Source: Octopus bimaculoides
Taxonomy: Eukaryota
Reading direction: 5' to 3'
Length of the DNA: 64,000 nucleotides
Assembly: GCF_001194135.2 (NCBI RefSeq)
Contig: NC_068998.1
Coordinates: 45,404,309-45,468,308 of the forward strand
Shown: piece by piece, positions 63,816 to 64,000 of the stretch
Numbering within the stretch: the stretch's first letter is position 1
Layout of the letters: each line of letters starts with the position of its first letter
Made by a program: the position numbers and the translations under genes
Notes under the pieces: model-generated
Told to the model about the DNA's origin: nothing
The model's input: only the letters and a program-made list of their open reading frames with translations
Database searches by the model: none

Positions 63816-64000
63816 TTGCATGGTCCTTCTTCAGACTTTCCCCTTTCTCCTTTCTGATGAAGAGCTATACTCAAAATGTCAAATTTTCTCTTTTCACCAA
63901 GCATCAAGCTAATACATTCTTTGCACATGTTCTCTTGCCTGTTAATTTTATTATTCGTTTTTTGGATTGATTGTTTATTTGAATTGACTAATATATATAT

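Noticed and set aside
1-64000. CRISPR arrays, rRNA, operons or viral genes
   Set aside because: No regularly spaced repeat-spacer structure and no such sequences seen; the window is eukaryotic intronic DNA.

Overview
AT-rich, microsatellite- and repeat-dense animal genomic DNA with three assembly gaps (2234-2467, 21725-22722, 30291-30807). The tRNA-derived SINEs, RTE LINE tails and simple-repeat load look like an octopus/coleoid cephalopod scaffold; this is inferred from recalled repeat families, not from a search. The only protein-coding gene I can support is a + strand Kv channel-interacting protein (KChIP/KCNIP, neuronal calcium sensor family). Three consecutive coding exons are visible: 12455-12579 (125 bp), 55425-55494 (70 bp) and 61854-61924 (71 bp). 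All have canonical AG/GT sites and compatible phases, and they are separated by introns of about 42.8 kb and 6.4 kb. The rest is intronic: several SINE families, RTE fragments, decayed Tc1/mariner/pogo transposases, TA-, TTAA- and hAT-type MITEs. Nearly all ORFs in the supplied track are microsatellite or gap artefacts. The most interesting observations are: (i) three sequence-unrelated minimal hammerhead-ribozyme-like motifs, one nearly intact; (ii) several long foldbacks that would form dsRNA in the KChIP pre-mRNA; (iii) candidate alternative first exons and a microexon that splice in frame into KChIP; (iv) a possible intronic sequence complementary to the EF-hand-1 exon. I cannot claim a new biological system; these are testable candidates read by eye.
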